A DNA stretch of 64,000 nucleotides, from contig NC_042999.1 of the NCBI RefSeq assembly GCF_006345805.1, forward strand, positions 124,001 to 188,000, in the 5' to 3' direction. Numbering within the stretch: position 1 is the stretch's first letter; each line of letters begins with the position of its first letter. A program made the translations under genes and the position numbers. This stretch comes from Octopus sinensis. Taxonomy: Eukaryota. Shown piece after piece: positions 48,954 through 61,325 of the stretch. The notes under the pieces were generated by a model. The model was not told where the DNA came from. It did no database searches and worked only from the letters and a program-made list of their open reading frames with translations.

Positions 48954-50050
48954 GCAAGCTGGAATAATGGTGTAGTGTTTGAGGGTTGATGTTTCTTAAA
49001 GCAAGTGAGTAGAATGATGTTTTCATTAGTGAAGTAATTTAGCTGCTCTTTCTGTTTCTACAGAGACAGCAGCTTAATACTTCAAAGCGCTGCGTGAGTT
49101 TCTCTTTTGTTTTCACCTAGTTGTTGGTAATATCGTTTCGGGTCGGAGATAAACAGTTTGTTTTCTTAAAAATACCTTTGAAGCTTTTCATAATGATGGA
49201 TTCTTTGAGATATGAAGAGAATCTCTTGTCTTAGGCCGTCTTTGATATTAGATATTCCTATTTTGTTGTCTTATTTTTCATATGTCAGTCTTGTTTGTCA
49301 TTCCATTTTGTTTTTACAGTTTTCTTTGTCGATTTCATTAAGGATTGAACCATTTTATTTTATTTCATTTTCTACCACTCTTTGAATATTGGTTTTTCCA
49401 CGTTGTTTGGTTTTGTTTAGATGTTGCTATACTTGAGAAGGCATCAACTATCTGCTGTGATGACTGGTTGTTGCATAGACTCGTTGGTTTATTCTTATGA
49501 TATTGATGTTTACATCCGATTCTAGTATGCCTCTGGTAAACCAGTATGTTTGTGCATTTTTATTTTCGTTGCTACTTTAGCTTCATGTCTTACATTTTGT
49601 AGGGACTTTTGTTGGTCCGTAGGAAGATCTATCGATTTTAAATGAACTGTTTACACTTTGAGATTGTCGTCATATTGAAAATATTCAACAATAGATCTTC
49701 ATTTCCTCAGATCTTTTTCATATTCAAAAGCGTTCACACATCCGTTGGTGTAGAACTGGTTCAAGTTTATTTGTCGATATTCTTTGCCGTTTATTAATTC
49801 TTTTGAAGGTTTGGCTCACTTTAGGTTTATCATACTCTTTTATGTGTTCAATTTTTGAAGTTCTAATCGTTTTAATCTTGACGTTTTTTAAATAGTTGTT
49901 TGTATCTTCCTAGTATATACATTCTTTTAAAGTATTCCATTTCTATATATCATATCTTTTCGGATTGAAGTATATCTCTTATTTATTCAGCTAAACTATT
50001 GCCGTTCCAAATTCTTCAAGGTGTTATTTTCTCTACACATTATACACTTA
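48954..50050 (-). mobile_element. Decayed R4/Dong N-terminal fragment
   Basis: QRIHHYEKLQRYF*ENKLFISDPKRYYQQLGE resembles the pre-RT motif of R4/Dong ORFs. Confidence 0.6.
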
Positions 50051-50249
50051 TGTTATAGAAGTCTCCCTTCGCGCGTAGAGCGTAGATAACATATGTATGT
50101 AGAATGGAAACATTCTTCGCAAGTCAAATTATCTCTTTGCATTTTACTTGCTTATTTGGAGGAGAGATATTTGGCAAAATTTGTATTTACAATAACAATA
50201 AACGAGGCATTAACCCAAATACGTTTATATTAGTATTTACTACATATTA

Positions 50250-50345
50250 TTTATTTATGCGACCTTTTCAAGCCTCGCCAGGCTCATGGGTCCGATTTTC
50301 CGGTTTCTGTGGCGTATGTGTTCCCCCCAGCTGGACGGGAACTTT
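50250..50345 (-). mobile_element. SINE family 3 tail
   Basis: CCCGTCCAGCTGGGGGGAACACATACGCC..GGCTTGAAAAGG. Confidence 0.75.
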
Positions 50346-50480
50346 CACCCTGCCTAGCATGTATCCTACATGCATCTTTCTTAAAACGCTCGTTAGGGTC
50401 TGCATGCAGATAACGAATAGAAGAGGTGACAGACTGTCCTCTTGAAAGATTCCTCTTTTGATATTTATCTCTTCCAGCTT
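50346..50480 (-). mobile_element. R4/Dong RT fragment
   Basis: INIKRGIFQEDSLSPLLFVICMQTLTSVLRK; 5' end on a ~270 bp (TTA)n tract. Confidence 0.75.
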
Positions 50481-50495
50481 ATTATTATCATTATT

Positions 50496-50558
<63 letters not shown>

Positions 50559-50686
50559 GTTATTATTATTATTATTATTGTTATTATTATTATTATTATT
50601 GTTATTATTATTATTATTGTTATTATTATTATTATTGTTATTATTATTATTTTTTGTTATTATTATCATTGTTATTATTATTATCA

Positions 50687-50748
<62 letters not shown>

Positions 50749-50803
50749 GAGTGAGAGAACAGTGCATGCCATCAAAGTGACACTGGGGTAAAGTATACGA
50801 AGC
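50749..50803 (-). mobile_element. 3' tip of the ~530 bp element
   Basis: GAGTGAGAGAACAGTGCATGCCATCAAAGTGACACTGGGG next to (TTA)n. Confidence 0.8.
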
Positions 50804-51546
50804 TCATAGATATATAGTTAGATAGATAGATAGATTGATATATAGGTTCAAACGTTCAGAAAGACAGAATACTATTTCACTATCCCAAATTTTTTTAAAG
50901 TATTAAATGTCGTTAAAATAAGTAATTGTAAGCGCGATCGTTTAAGCAAAACTCAATCCCCATTACATTTGTGATTGTAAAATGTGACAACTATGTCTCT
51001 CGGAGAAGCGTTACATTCAGTTCGAATCTTCGGCAATGTTGAATATATTATAAGAATTAGTAAATCTCTGCATACACAGCAACCAGTATTTATAGGGAAA
51101 AAAAGTCAAACCAGTAAATGAATAACATATTTAGTCTTACACTCAATGGATCTGACATACCCAGAAAATGCCTGTATTGGAAACGACTTCATTAACGCTA
51201 AACCTGTTAACTAAAGTCGCTGTATCTGTAACGTTTATGTTCACGCGTTCTGCGTGCTGTGGTGAATAAATGAATATATAATAATTTCTAACGTTTATTT
51301 CTGTAATGTATTAAAATGTTCATGTACTATGTAAGTATATCCATGTGTATATGATTTTCCTCTTCCCATGTACCATACCTTATCATAAACGTTTGAACAA
51401 TCGGCAGAATTACGATTGAATAAGCTTCAGACTCCAACAAAAGGATACAGATATATAATTTATACTAGTAATACATTTTTAATACCTAGTCTCTAGTTGA
51501 TATATTATAAATAAATATCTTGCTCTTTCTCTCTCCCCTCTCTCTT

Positions 51547-51604
<58 letters not shown>

Positions 51605-51723
51605 ATATATTATATATATATATATATATAAAATAATATTAGGGAGTATAACTCCAAACTTACATGTAAAAATTCAATTTAGCATTAAATCAAATTTCAC
51701 ATTATAAATATACATATATATAT

Positions 51724-52033
51724 AAATTTGAGAAAAAACACTATTATGTAATTCAAACAATGATAGACATAAACCATATCATATAGAAAAAAACAAAATA
51801 TATGATAAAAAAATTTACCTAGATCACAATAAAGTACATAATAATAAACAGCATTATTATGAAGATATAGCCACGAAACGTACGTAGTCTATTTATTAAT
51901 TATATACTGTTTATTATCATGTATTTTATTGTGATCTAGGTAAATGTTTTATCATATATTTTATTTTTTCTATATGGTATGATTTACGTCTATCATTGTT
52001 TGAATTACATAATAGTGGTTTTTCTCTAATTTT
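51724..52033. mobile_element. Fold-back element in (TA)n with central degenerate hammerhead
   Basis: ~130 bp inverted arms of high identity; spacer ATGAAGATATAGCCACGAAACGTACGTAGTC. Confidence 0.75.
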
Positions 52034-53305
52034 TATATATATATATATATATATATAGTTGCATTTGAAGTGTGAATGCCTCTTTACTTTCGGATTTGGG
52101 AACCCGTTTTGCTTTATTGAGTCCAGCTTCATTCATTTTACTGGCTTTACTTTCAGATCTGAGTCAAAGATTCTATCTTTCTCGTTTAAAGGTATAACTA
52201 CATTAATGACTAGATTAAATAAATTCTGGACGTACGTCGATGGATACCGTGTCAGAAATATTTCAAGTTATTGATTTTAAAGCACTGGTGCGTCGGATAA
52301 ATAATGCATTATCATATTAAGAAGGCATATATACATAAGCACTCTTTCCCTCTCACTTTGCATCTATCCTCCACCTCCACCTCCTGCTCCTCCTCCTGCT
52401 CCTGCTCCTCCTCCTCTGTCTGTCTCTCTCTCTCTCACTTTATGGCTTCTATAATAAGTATGAGAGTAAGCACGAGAGCTTTCATAGAAGTGTGTGCGGA
52501 CTTGCGTACGTGACTGGTATATATATATATATACATATACCAACACGGTTATATATACTCATACACACACACATACCAACACGTATGCACATAAGCACCT
52601 CCCTCCTCCGAAATCTACTCACATACACCAACAACACAATTATATATATGAATTTATTTCTGTAAGAATAACATTAGAATAATTCCTGCATCGAAATAAG
52701 AACAAAGACAACAAAAACAACAAAAAAAAACAACCAAAATAATAAAGAAAATTTTGAGGTAATTCTGTACATTTTGAATTATGCAATTTATTTTACTTCT
52801 TCACCCGTAAAATACATTTTATACGAGTTTTCTTTAACAATGCCAAATACCACTCACGCTTTTAAGGATGAAAAATCAACTTAATATTCATACCGAAGGC
52901 AGAACAGTTCATAAATATGATTAACAATTTTAGCTTAAAAATATAGTCAATAAAATACTACAGCAGCTTCACGCATCATTGAATCTGCAAGTATCGAAAA
53001 AGGAGGTTAAACTAATTACCGCCACCGTTTCCTAACAAAATGGACAAAAAGCGGTGTTTCCGGTTTTTCTGTAGACAAACACTGTGAAATTTTATTTTGA
53101 TTTATTTCTTATATTCTATGCGTGTTTAGTATTTATTGAAATTGTTTATTGTATTATATTTCATCGCCACATTATTTTTATTTTCAGTAGTAATATTTCA
53201 GCAGAATATGCACAATGCAGCATTTTCTTTTGTTGTTGGTGTTGTTGTTTAATACTATTATTGTTGTTGTTATGTTCGTTCGTTCGCTTGTTCGTTCTTT
53301 TCCAG

Positions 53306-53341
53306 TGCAGTCATGTGTTAAAAGTCACTTTATTCATTTTG
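53306..53341 (+). other. Candidate 36 nt host microexon
   Basis: GTTCGTTCTTTTCCAG acceptor, 36 nt, G|GTGAGT donor; open in two frames. Confidence 0.3.
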
Positions 53342-53794
53342 GTGAGTAAATATGGATAACTACGGTGAGTTAATGTTTCATTTAATTTTGGACAGATGAG
53401 TAAGCATTAAACTGCTTTCCAAACAAAAGATGAAGCAAAACTGTAACAAAATCAAGCTAAATTGCTCGGAAAGAGGTAAATAAATAAACATAAAAATATC
53501 AAATATAAATAAAAATCGACTATAAAAATAATAATTGGCAGTGAATATATATATTTTTATATATTTATCCAGAAATCACCAGCCTCCACTTCGCCCCATG
53601 ACGAGCTGAAAGATTTCATTGTAACCAAAAACAAGAAGCATGCAAAAATTCTCTACAATCTTTATCCGTGTATGTGTGTGTGTGTGTGTATGTGTGTGTG
53701 TGTGTGTGTGGTTGTGTGTGTGCGTGCGTGTGGGTATGTATGTGTTTGCGTATTTGCATATACCTATATTCTTATTTACATATACACTCGTATC

Positions 53795-54025
53795 TATTGC
53801 TTTACTATCCACAACGGGCTAAGCACAGAGGGGACAAACAAGGACAGACAAACGGATTAAGTCGATTACATCGACCCCAGTGCGTAACTGGTTCTTAATT
53901 TATCGACCCTGAAACGATGAAAGGCAAAGTCGACCTCGGCGGAATTTGAACTCAGAACGTAACGGCAGACGAAATACGGCTACACACTTCACCCGGCGTG
54001 TTAACATTTCTGCCAGCTCGCCACC
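53795..54025 (-). mobile_element. Meta-domain SINE monomer with TSD
   Basis: ATATACACTCGTATC at 53780-53794 and 54030-54044. Confidence 0.9.
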
Positions 54026-54044
54026 GTCAATATACACTCGTATC

Positions 54045-54113
54045 TATCTATCTATCAATCTATCTATCTATCCATCCATCCATCCATCCATCCATCCATC
54101 CATCCATCCATCC

Positions 54114-54180
<67 letters not shown>

Positions 54181-54208
54181 CATCATCCATCCATCCATCC
54201 ATCCATCC

Positions 54209-54274
<66 letters not shown>

Positions 54275-54275
54275 T
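54045..54275. repeat. (TATC)n/(TCCA)n microsatellite
   Basis: Direct reading; continues from the TATC end of the TSD. Confidence 0.92.
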
Positions 54276-54431
54276 TATCTGCCTGTCTGTCTGCCTATTT
54301 TAACGAGTTGTGTCTATTTATCACCCGATGAGACACATCTTCACCGCCGGATGCTCCTGAACCAGTTGTTAAGTATCGCATCTGTGAGGGAACGATGTCG
54401 AAACAATTGTCGCGATTATTAAAAATTCTCG

Positions 54432-56025
54432 TATACTTTGATACTTTCGGCCAGTGTTGACCCAGGCCATGTCTAACTTAATAGCACCACTTGACGAAGT
54501 CATTTAAATCAGTAATCGGGCAACATGGCCCACTCCATGTTAGAGAGTTATTATTTACGGAGACATCCGGGTGTAGAAGGTTTATCCGGCATTTTTTTTA
54601 ACGAATTTGTCCAAAGATTTCTTGAACTTTATGGGGTCTGTTTCTGCTTTAATGTCTTTTGGTGTAATTTTAAAGAGAGCGGGCCAATTGGGGTGAAATT
54701 ATTGTGCCATATTGTTGTTATCTAATACAAGTATGATTTATGTTGTAGGCAGATAGCACGGAACTTAAGTCTTGGGTGTATCTTAAAGGTGATGCCAACA
54801 TCATTTGGGCAATGCTGTTGGGATATTTTCCACATTAGGCAAATGATGTATCACTCACGGCGGCGCTGGAGAGAATCAAACTCGAGATTTTCTAGTCGAC
54901 CCCAATAGTCAAGGCCTGTCATGTCATCTATCTTGTAATTGACCTTTGAGGTTCTTCAATTTTCATGATACTTTGTTTCGTGTGTGGAGACCACAGTGGA
55001 CAACAGTATTCAAGTTGGGATTGGGCAAAAGTGGAGAAGAGAAGGATAATGGTTTGGATGTCTCTCGACTGGAAGGTTCTGAGAATCCAGGATAACATTT
55101 TGCAGGCCATATAAACTGCTGTTTATATGAGCGACCCAGCTTATGTTGTCCACAATTACTCCCAAGTCTCTGATGTTGTTGGATGCCATGGGAGTTTCAC
55201 TTGAAGGAAGGGTGTATGGGAGTTTCGGTGCATTCTCTTCTCTTAAGTATATTAACTTAAATTTGTCCCCGTTCAGTAGCATATTCTTTTCTGCCCATTG
55301 GATGACAGCCAGTAGATCTGACTGAAGGCATGTTCGGTCACCCACTTCATTGATCACCTTCTGGACCTTGGAATCATCTGCAAAAATTCTTATGTTGCTG
55401 TACTTGATGATGTCAGTAATGTCATTGATGTAGATGATAAAAAGAAGTGGGCTCAACATAGCGCCTTGTGGAAAATCACTACTGAATTTAGTTGGGCTTG
55501 ATTTTACTCCTTCGACTAAAACGTGTTGGGTTCTGTCCGTCAGGAAACACTTAATCCAATGTAGTAACTTTTCAGAGATACCAATGTTGGACAGGTTTTC
55601 CAAGAGAATCTTATGATCAACCCTGTCAAAGGCCTTGCTGAAATCAAGGTAGATGACATCGGTGTCGGAGCCCTCTCCCAAAGCCCTCAAAATGTCATCA
55701 AAGTGATGTAGGAGCTGTGTTGGGCGGATCCTTCCATTACGGAACACATGTTGGTTGAGATTCAGCAGTCTGTTGCTTTCAACAAAGTGGGTTATTTGTG
55801 ATCACACTACCCACTCAAATACCTCGATGATATGAAATGTGAGATCGGACGGTAGTTCATTGCAAGGAACTTGTTTCTCAATTTGAAAATCGGGACAACA
55901 GACTGGGATAGAAAGTGTTCAAGAATATAGCCACCATCCAGTGAGTTTCTCTGCAGATTAACAAGAGGAGATGCAAGTTGGTGCCGATACACCTTCAGGA
56001 CATAAGCAGGGAACCTGTATATACA
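54432..56025 (-). mobile_element. CR1-clade LINE, 5'-truncated, decayed RT
   Basis: NYRPIS, VIYLDFSKAFDRVDH, PQGAMLSPLLFIIYIND, IFADDSK, RDLGVIVD, QLEYCCPLWSP; 3' end ..CATGGCCTGGGTCAACACTGGCCG(AAAGTAT)2. Confidence 0.92.
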
Positions 56026-56035
56026 TGACAGCTTA

Positions 56036-56072
<37 letters not shown>

Positions 56073-56095
56073 ACACATACACACAATCACACATA

Positions 56096-56185
<90 letters not shown>

Positions 56186-56186
56186 A

Positions 56187-56482
56187 TGGCCGTCCATTGC
56201 TGACCTTTAGGAACATTGTTCGCTCTAGGACTAATTTAGCATTTGCGGCTCCGTTGGTGGCTATTGAGCCCTGCTCTTGACAAGCATGCACGACTACAAA
56301 CATTGCAAACCAAGCTTTCCACATTCACTACACCAGCAGTGCGCTTTCGAGCAACACGTTGAAGTTCTTCATGCAGAATACGTGCTCTTTCAAAGGTGAA
56401 GACCTCCTCCTTAACCTACTTCGTCCATCTGTTCCTCCATCTATGGCTATGACAAGCATTGCCCTCCCAGTCGGCCTCCTGC
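56187..56482 (-). mobile_element. RTE-clade LINE 3' end
   Basis: ERARILHEELQRVARKR..LVCNVCSRACLSRAGLNSHQRSRKC* is the RTE-type C-terminal finger; short 3' UTR then (TA)n. Confidence 0.8.
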
Positions 56483-56497
56483 ATATATATATATAAT

Positions 56498-56790
56498 GGA
56501 GGCGCAATGGCCCAGTGGTTAGGGCAGCGGGCTCGCGGTCGTAAGATCGCGGTTTTGATTCCCAGACCGGGTGTTGTGAGTGTTTATTGAGCGAAAACAC
56601 CTTAAAAAAGCTCCACGAGGCTCCGGCAGGGGATAATGGTGATCCCTGCTGTACTCTTTCACCACTCTTTCTTCTCTGGGCCTGCTCGCTTAGCCAGCGG
56701 GGTGGTGTCATTCGAAGGCTAAAACAATACGAACGCATTGTGACCAGCGATGTGTAACAACATCTGATGGTCTGGTCGGTCACGTGATGA
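56498..56790 (+). mobile_element. Chimeric SINE: family 3 head with the tail shared with 9425 and 47276
   Basis: GGAGGCGCAATGGCCCAGTGG head; GCTTAGCCAGCGGGGTGGTGTCATTCGAAGGCTAAAAC..GGTCGGTCACGTGA tail. Confidence 0.85.
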
Positions 56791-57237
56791 TATATATATA
56801 TACACACACATGAACATGCACGCACACACACACACACACACACACGCACACACACACGCACACACACAAACACACATTATAGTTACGACTGTTTCTACCA
56901 AACTTGGTGTGCTGACTCAATGCAATGCAGAAATAGTATATCTGAAATTTTAGTTTTCTCGTTGGGCTTTTAAAACTATAATCACTAGGTGGCACTAGCT
57001 CCACATTTCAGCATTTCCGCTGCCTACATCCTTTTAAATGCAAGAGAGCTGTGGAATAAAAGTGTATTGATACATTTTTAAGATTACTGAATTACAAATT
57101 GCGCAATGCAAAGGTTCAAAACTAGGCTATTTTAAGACAGAAGCCACTACAAGCATTCGATAACATACAAAATTAAAAACAATACATATTTTTAACTTTA
57201 TAGGTTTAATTCAAATTTTAAATAACTATAAGAAAAA

Positions 57238-57648
57238 GGGTGCTGTGTGGTAAGTAGCTTCCTTACCAACCACATGGTTTCGGGTTCAATCCCACTGCGT
57301 GGCATCTTGGGCAAGTGTATTCTGCTATAGCCCCGGGCCGACCAATGCCTTGTGAGTGGATTTGGTAGACGGAAACTGAAAGAAGCCTGTCGTATATATG
57401 TATATATATATATATGTATGCATGTGTGTGTTTGTGTGTCTGTGTTTGTCCCCCTAGCATTGCTTGACAACCGATGCTGGTGTGTTTACGTCCCCGTCAC
57501 TTAGCGGTTTGGCAAAAAGAGACCGATAGAATAAGTACTGGGCTTACAAAAAGAATAAGTCCCGGGGTCGAGTTGCTCGACTAAAGGCGGTGCTCCAGCA
57601 TGGCCGCAGTCAAATGACTGAAACAAGTAAAAGAGTAAAAAGAGTAAT
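57238..57648 (+). mobile_element. SINE family 2
   Basis: Close match to 30913-31320. Confidence 0.9.
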
Positions 57649-57699
57649 AACATGTTAGATAAAATAAATCGAAGCATAAGTTTCTCCTTTTTACAAACA

Positions 57700-59400
57700 T
57701 CATAAAGATTTTGAGGGCACTTGGTTGCCCGTTCTGCATTCTGATTTATTCTGAGTTCTCGACTCCATAAGTTTTTTACAGATTTCAATGCTTCTTATGA
57801 ACTTGCAGGCTACCTCACAACCTTTGATAATCATGTGCATTGAACATTTGGTCAGTAAACCAAAACTCTACCCAGCTGTAAGAGATGAATCGACAAACAT
57901 TGAGAAGTAGAACTCTTTTCTCTGGTAGAAGGATAAATGCCCAAAGAGCTAGTATTGCTTGAGAATTCCATCTTGCATTACTTAAGTTGCATTTTTTTGA
58001 AACTTTACAACAGAAACGAAATAGAAATTTCATGTCATCTCACTATCCTGCTGATTCAGTAATCTTTTCTTCACCATTGCTGAAATTAGTCAAGAGTTTC
58101 TCGTAATTACGTAGAAGCTCTGGGATGAATGTATATTTAATACTGGGAGATGACTTTTTTTCTCCAAGTTCTTTATCCATTACAACATGAAGAAATCTAT
58201 CAAGGATATGATGCTGACAACCAATAGATTGCGGTTCTTTCAAACCCTTTTGAGCAAACAGTCTTTGTAACTAAATGACAATGCTATTTCTTTTCCCAGA
58301 GTTCACACAAATTGTATCAGTGACAATCATTTCTACATAGCTCCATAAATTTATTCATTTAAAACAGCTGTTATTCCTTTCACAACATTATCAACTTTTC
58401 CTTTTGGTAACTGTAGTGCATCTAGCTTAACTTATAACTGTTCATTCTTTAAAACTAGCACTTGGTATTCTTGGTCATCAATACATTTACCATCAAAATG
58501 CAATGACCAGTTTTCTAAATGTAGTGTTTTCTTCATTTTCTTTTTAAGTTTAACAGCTTCTTTGATAGTTGATCTGTAAACACCAGATTGGGAATGAGAC
58601 TCGACATTGATTCCATCTTGAGATAATTATCCACAAACGGTTGTTGCTTTTTAAGTTGATAGCTTGGAAGATATTACTAACTTGGTTGCAGTTCCAGTTT
58701 TGCTATACTTCTTCCTTGCTTGCGTAAATTTTTCATCTGATTTTTCGGACTCTTTATATTCATTTTTAGTTTCTGCTTCAGACGTTGACGAAGGCACTGG
58801 AGTTTCTCTGACTGAAGTTGGCATTAAGGACACTTTTCTTCTTTTGGAATGGATGGATAGTTTTGGAATTGGCTGCCTTTCCAGTTCCATACCCAGCCTG
58901 TCCCTTGCTTTCAATTTCAAGATAATATAACCTTCTATCCTCACTGTACAGCCATTCAGCGTTTTCCTTTGTGATGTCATAAATTACTTTCAATGAATCG
59001 TATTTTCCTTGTTTTACACATTTATCGTAGGTATTCAGCACTGTTTCTTCTTTTGCTTGTATATTTTGAATTGATAAAAATGGGAAATTTAATTTATTTT
59101 GCCATAAAAAAGTTACTTCTTGTGAAATTTCCTTAGTTCTTTCTTTATTTTGATGGTACCTCCAAGGAAAAAGTAGCAACCGACAATTTGAAGTTCCATT
59201 GGTATCCTACAGTTGTTTTCCAAAGAATGCTCTTCTAGAGGAAGAGGTCTTTTTTTCCTATGTGAGTCTTGAAATTGCACAGGATTCTTTGTCCAGAATT
59301 TTGTTTCTTTGAGTGACACAAGTACTTCTCTTATGAGACATCATTTTAGATACTCTAGTTGGACAAGTCTAATATTTTGAAAAACAGTTAATATAGTCAG
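57700..59400 (-). pseudogene. Decayed DDE transposase with CxxH signature (hAT/P/MULE-type fold)
   Basis: In order on (-): WSLHFDGK (first Asp), MIVTDTICVNSGKRN (second Asp), IGCQHHILD, SNARWNSQAILAL; several stops. Confidence 0.72.
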
Positions 59401-60064
59401 AGTTTTTAGCGTCACAGAAATAAAAAAGAGAGGAAGAGGATATTTCCTAAAGTAGGGCCTAAGTGGTAACAAATTAGAAACACTGTAACTCTTAAACTAC
59501 TTAAACTTGAAAGCTGAAAATTGAGATATACTGCTTCTGCATTGCACAAGTTTGGTAAACACTTGAGCAGGCATTATGAACCCCACTAGAATTTTGCAGG
59601 ACTTGGGTCAAAAGTGGTGTTAGATTTCTTCAGTTGTGGGGTGACGTTTTTTTAAAAGGATCGTACAATAAAGGTTATGATCCCTACTTATATAAAATTG
59701 TTCATCGACTTTTGATACAGGAAATTATTTACTTTCAAAAAATCAAAACGTCATAACCCTTATATATATATATATTGATAGAAATGGTAAGACAACGAAA
59801 GAAACCTCGATATTATGTAAATAGAGGAATTTATCACATATTACATTTACATACACACACACACACATATATATATACATACGTATGTATGTATATTTAT
59901 ATTATGCTTAAATATCTCTTTAAGTATATATGCATAAACTATTTCTGTAACTTTGAATGTGTATACACACACACATACACACACAAACAAACACAAACAC
60001 ATATATTTATGTGTACAACGTATGTATATGGTTGATGTATATCATATAGGCCTGTCTATCCCTC

Positions 60065-60070
60065 TATCCC

Positions 60071-60118
<48 letters not shown>

Positions 60119-60127
60119 CCTACCTAC

Positions 60128-60214
<87 letters not shown>

Positions 60215-60340
60215 CCTACCTACCTACCTACCTACCTACCTACCTACCTATCTACATACTTACTACCTACCTCCCTACCGGTCTGTCTGTCTATCTACTT
60301 ACCTATCTATCTACCTACCCATCTATCTATTTATCTATGT
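60065..60340. repeat. (TATC)n/(TACC)n microsatellite
   Basis: Direct reading. Confidence 0.92.
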
Positions 60341-60878
60341 GTGTATGTATAAATTGAAATGCGTGTAAATATGCCCATAATCCTGTATCTAAATATTTAT
60401 ATATGTTTTTTGTTCGCTATTATTCTACAATCGAAAGCAATTCTCCTGGTGTGACCTATCCGGAACAGTATGATGCCGTACATATTCTATTTCGATGTAT
60501 TTGCACGTTTAATCATAGAATATTCTATTTATGTTTTTTTTCTCCGTCGAGCTTTTCAATATCTGTCCTTGCAATCGAGAATTTGATACAGGTGAAATGA
60601 AATAGCTGGAGATTTTAATATATTTTGTAGTCAAATTTTGGAAATCGGTGTCTAAGTTTTGAACAGATATTAACATTCAAAATAGATGCATAGAGACGTG
60701 CATACATTTGTAAACACAAATATAACTTCCTGGCGGGTATTTGTTTAGATTGATTGCCATCAGAGAGTTAAGGACGCCATTTTATATTTCGAACATATGA
60801 GAAGAGTAAAACATTTTGAACGGTTGAGTGATATTAATGAAAGGAATTTACTATGCAAAGAATATGTATATGTATATG

Positions 60879-60952
<74 letters not shown>

Positions 60953-61004
60953 TTATTTATATATATATGTGTGTGTGGGTACGTGCGTATATGTGTATAT
61001 ATAT

Positions 61005-61062
<58 letters not shown>

Positions 61063-61119
61063 AAGTAGGAGTAGCTGTGTGGTAAGTAGTTTGCTTGCCA
61101 ACCACATGGTTCTGAGATG

Positions 61120-61325
61120 GTGAACTGGCAGAATCGTTACAGTGCCGGATAAAGTGCTTAACTGTATTTTTTCAGGCTTTTAACGTTCTGAGTCAAATGC
61201 GGCCCCACGGTGGACTTTGCCTTTCCTCCTTCCGGGCGGGATAAAATAAAGTACCAGTTCTGAATAGCGGTCAATGTAATCGTCTTCCCCTTCCCCTCAG
61301 AATTGTTCGACTTGTACCAAAATTA
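61120..61325 (+). mobile_element. Meta-domain SINE, diverged tail B
   Basis: GAACTGGCAGAATCGTTA head, core and tail B. Confidence 0.65.

Noticed and set aside
48954-50050. Penelope RT remnant
   Set aside because: Translation shows the R4/Dong pre-RT motif (QRIHHYEK..NKLF..DPKRYY), so it was reassigned.
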